Positions 37,490 through 38,523 of a stretch of DNA of 38,523 nucleotides are shown here, piece by piece. The DNA comes from Thermoproteota archaeon (GTDB lineage Archaea; Korarchaeota; Korarchaeia; Korarchaeales; Korarchaeaceae): contig JAVCBY010000035.1 in assembly GCA_037917625.1 (NCBI GenBank), positions 1 to 38,523 of the forward strand, in the 5' to 3' direction. Both the position numbers and the translations under genes were made by a program. The notes under the pieces were generated by a model. It saw only the letters and a list, made by a program, of their open reading frames with translations. It did no database searches and was not told the origin of the DNA. The first letter of the stretch is position 1; each line of letters starts with the position of its first letter.

Positions 37490-37930
37490 TCACCTGCTGG
37501 GCTTCTCCTTCTTTCCCCTGAGTATCGCTTCTAACGAAACTCCGTTCACCTTTATCACCTTGAACCTGACTCCGGGTATGTCCCCCATAGATCTTCCCCT
37601 AGATCCACCCATCCCCTCCACGACCACCTCATCGTGCTCATTTATCACGTTGAGGGCTCCATCTCCTGGAGCGAATGCTGTTATTATAACACCGTTCTTC
37701 GCTAACTGAACTTTCACAGCTTTTCTGAGTCCTGAATGTGGCTGCCTAGCCTCAAGTCCTACTTTCTCTAGCACTATGCCTCTAGCCATGGGAGCCCCTT
37801 CGAGCGGATCGAACTTCTCCTTGAGCCTATATAACCTCCTCTTCACCCTCCAGCTATGCAACCTCTTCTCCTTATACTTCTCCCTGAGTATCCTGGCAGC
37901 GTAGAGGCCCGTAGGTGATTTCTTACCCAT
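37490..37930 (-). CDS. rps12: 30S ribosomal protein S12 (uS12)
   Basis: [51 protein letters not shown] before ATG 37930. Confidence 0.98.
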   Translation of the reverse strand: MGKKSPTGLYAARILREKYKEKRLHSWRVKRRLYRLKEKFDPLEGAPMARGIVLEKVGLEARQPHSGLRKAVKVQLAKNGVIITAFAPGDGALNVINEHDEVVVEGMGGSRGRSMGDIPGVRFKVIKVNGVSLEAILRGKKEKPSR

Positions 37931-37934
37931 GACA

Positions 37935-38411
37935 TCACCTCGAATCATGAGGTACCCATGTCGCTATTTTAACGTTGTCTATATCGTACCATCTCTTAGC
38001 TAATAGCCTGGCCCTCTTTATCCTCCTACCGTTCCTTCCAATGGCTAAGCTCTTATCCTCATCTAAAACATAAGCTATTGCCGTGATACCGTCACCCTGA
38101 TTAACTATTTTCACTTTCTGTACCCTAGCAGGGCTTAAGAGATTAGCTATGAACCCCTCCGGGGTATCATCGAACTCGACGACTTCAATGTCATAGTCCA
38201 AATCCCCCTTTAGGAACCTCTTCATAGCTTTCAATTTCCTACCTCCCCTTCCGACAGCTCTTCCCAGATCTCCTTTCTCAACGACGAATATCAATCTGTT
38301 CTCACCTCTATCCTCAACTACATCCCTAGGGCTGACCCCGAGCATGTCTTGGAAGAGCTTTATATATCTCAGTTGTTCCGGGGCTATCGTGACCCTCCTC
38401 TTAGCTATCAT
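37935..38411 (-). CDS. nusA: Archaeal NusA (two KH domains)
   Basis: [51 protein letters not shown]; upstream of rps12. Start moved to ATG 38411. Confidence 0.93.
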   Translation of the reverse strand: MIAKRRVTIAPEQLRYIKLFQDMLGVSPRDVVEDRGENRLIFVVEKGDLGRAVGRGGRKLKAMKRFLKGDLDYDIEVVEFDDTPEGFIANLLSPARVQKVKIVNQGDGITAIAYVLDEDKSLAIGRNGRRIKRARLLAKRWYDIDNVKIATWVPHDSR

Positions 38412-38523
38412 CTCGACTCCTCTTGAGCCATAAGTAATTTGAGCCGACCTCGAGCTCGTACAATGAGAGTATAGAGATTCCGATGTCACTAGCCCCCTTT
38501 GACTCATCTTTCAATGGATCTAC
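38401..38523 (-). CDS. 3' end of an unidentified ORF upstream of nusA (partial)
   Basis: The frame is open from the window edge ([40 protein letters not shown]) and overlaps the nusA start by 11 nt. Confidence 0.3.
   Translation of the reverse strand, partial: VDPLKDESKGASDIGISILSLYELEVGSNYLWLKRSRDDS

Noticed and set aside
38412-38507. 32-aa N-terminal extension of NusA
   Set aside because: Not NusA-like; ATG 38411 has an AGGAG SD and gives a typical length.

Overview
A gene-dense archaeal chromosome segment. It looks Korarchaeum-like (inference from AGG/AGA/ATA-rich codon use, GGTGA Shine-Dalgarno sites and archaeal protein signatures). Most of it is housekeeping: rpl3-rpl4-rpl23-rpl2-rps19-tRNA-Ser(TGA), tuf-rps10, nusA-rps12-rps7-Sm, rps8e-srp19-gar1, rps30e-nop5-fibrillarin, trm1, archease, a thermosome subunit, pgk, glmM, glmS and a purine nucleoside phosphorylase. 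rps30e and the tRNA are missing from the supplied ORF track. I found no transposase, integrase or CRISPR array. The main observations are: (1) RqcH/NFACT translationally coupled to three CBS-only proteins, a candidate nucleotide-sensing ribosome hibernation or quality-control module; (2) a DUF1537 kinase + PdxA2 + LarA-family operon, a candidate tetronate catabolic pathway with a nickel-pincer 2-epimerase; (3) a GAPDH-derived protein next to pgk that has lost its NAD-binding and catalytic motifs; (4) an EMC6-like three-TM domain fused to a soluble domain; (5) a uS12 decoding loop reading RQPHSG; (6) a Wzy-like gene split by a 242-bp direct repeat with a 39-bp fold-back, probably an assembly or template-switch artefact. 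All functional calls come from motif recognition by eye; no searches were run.
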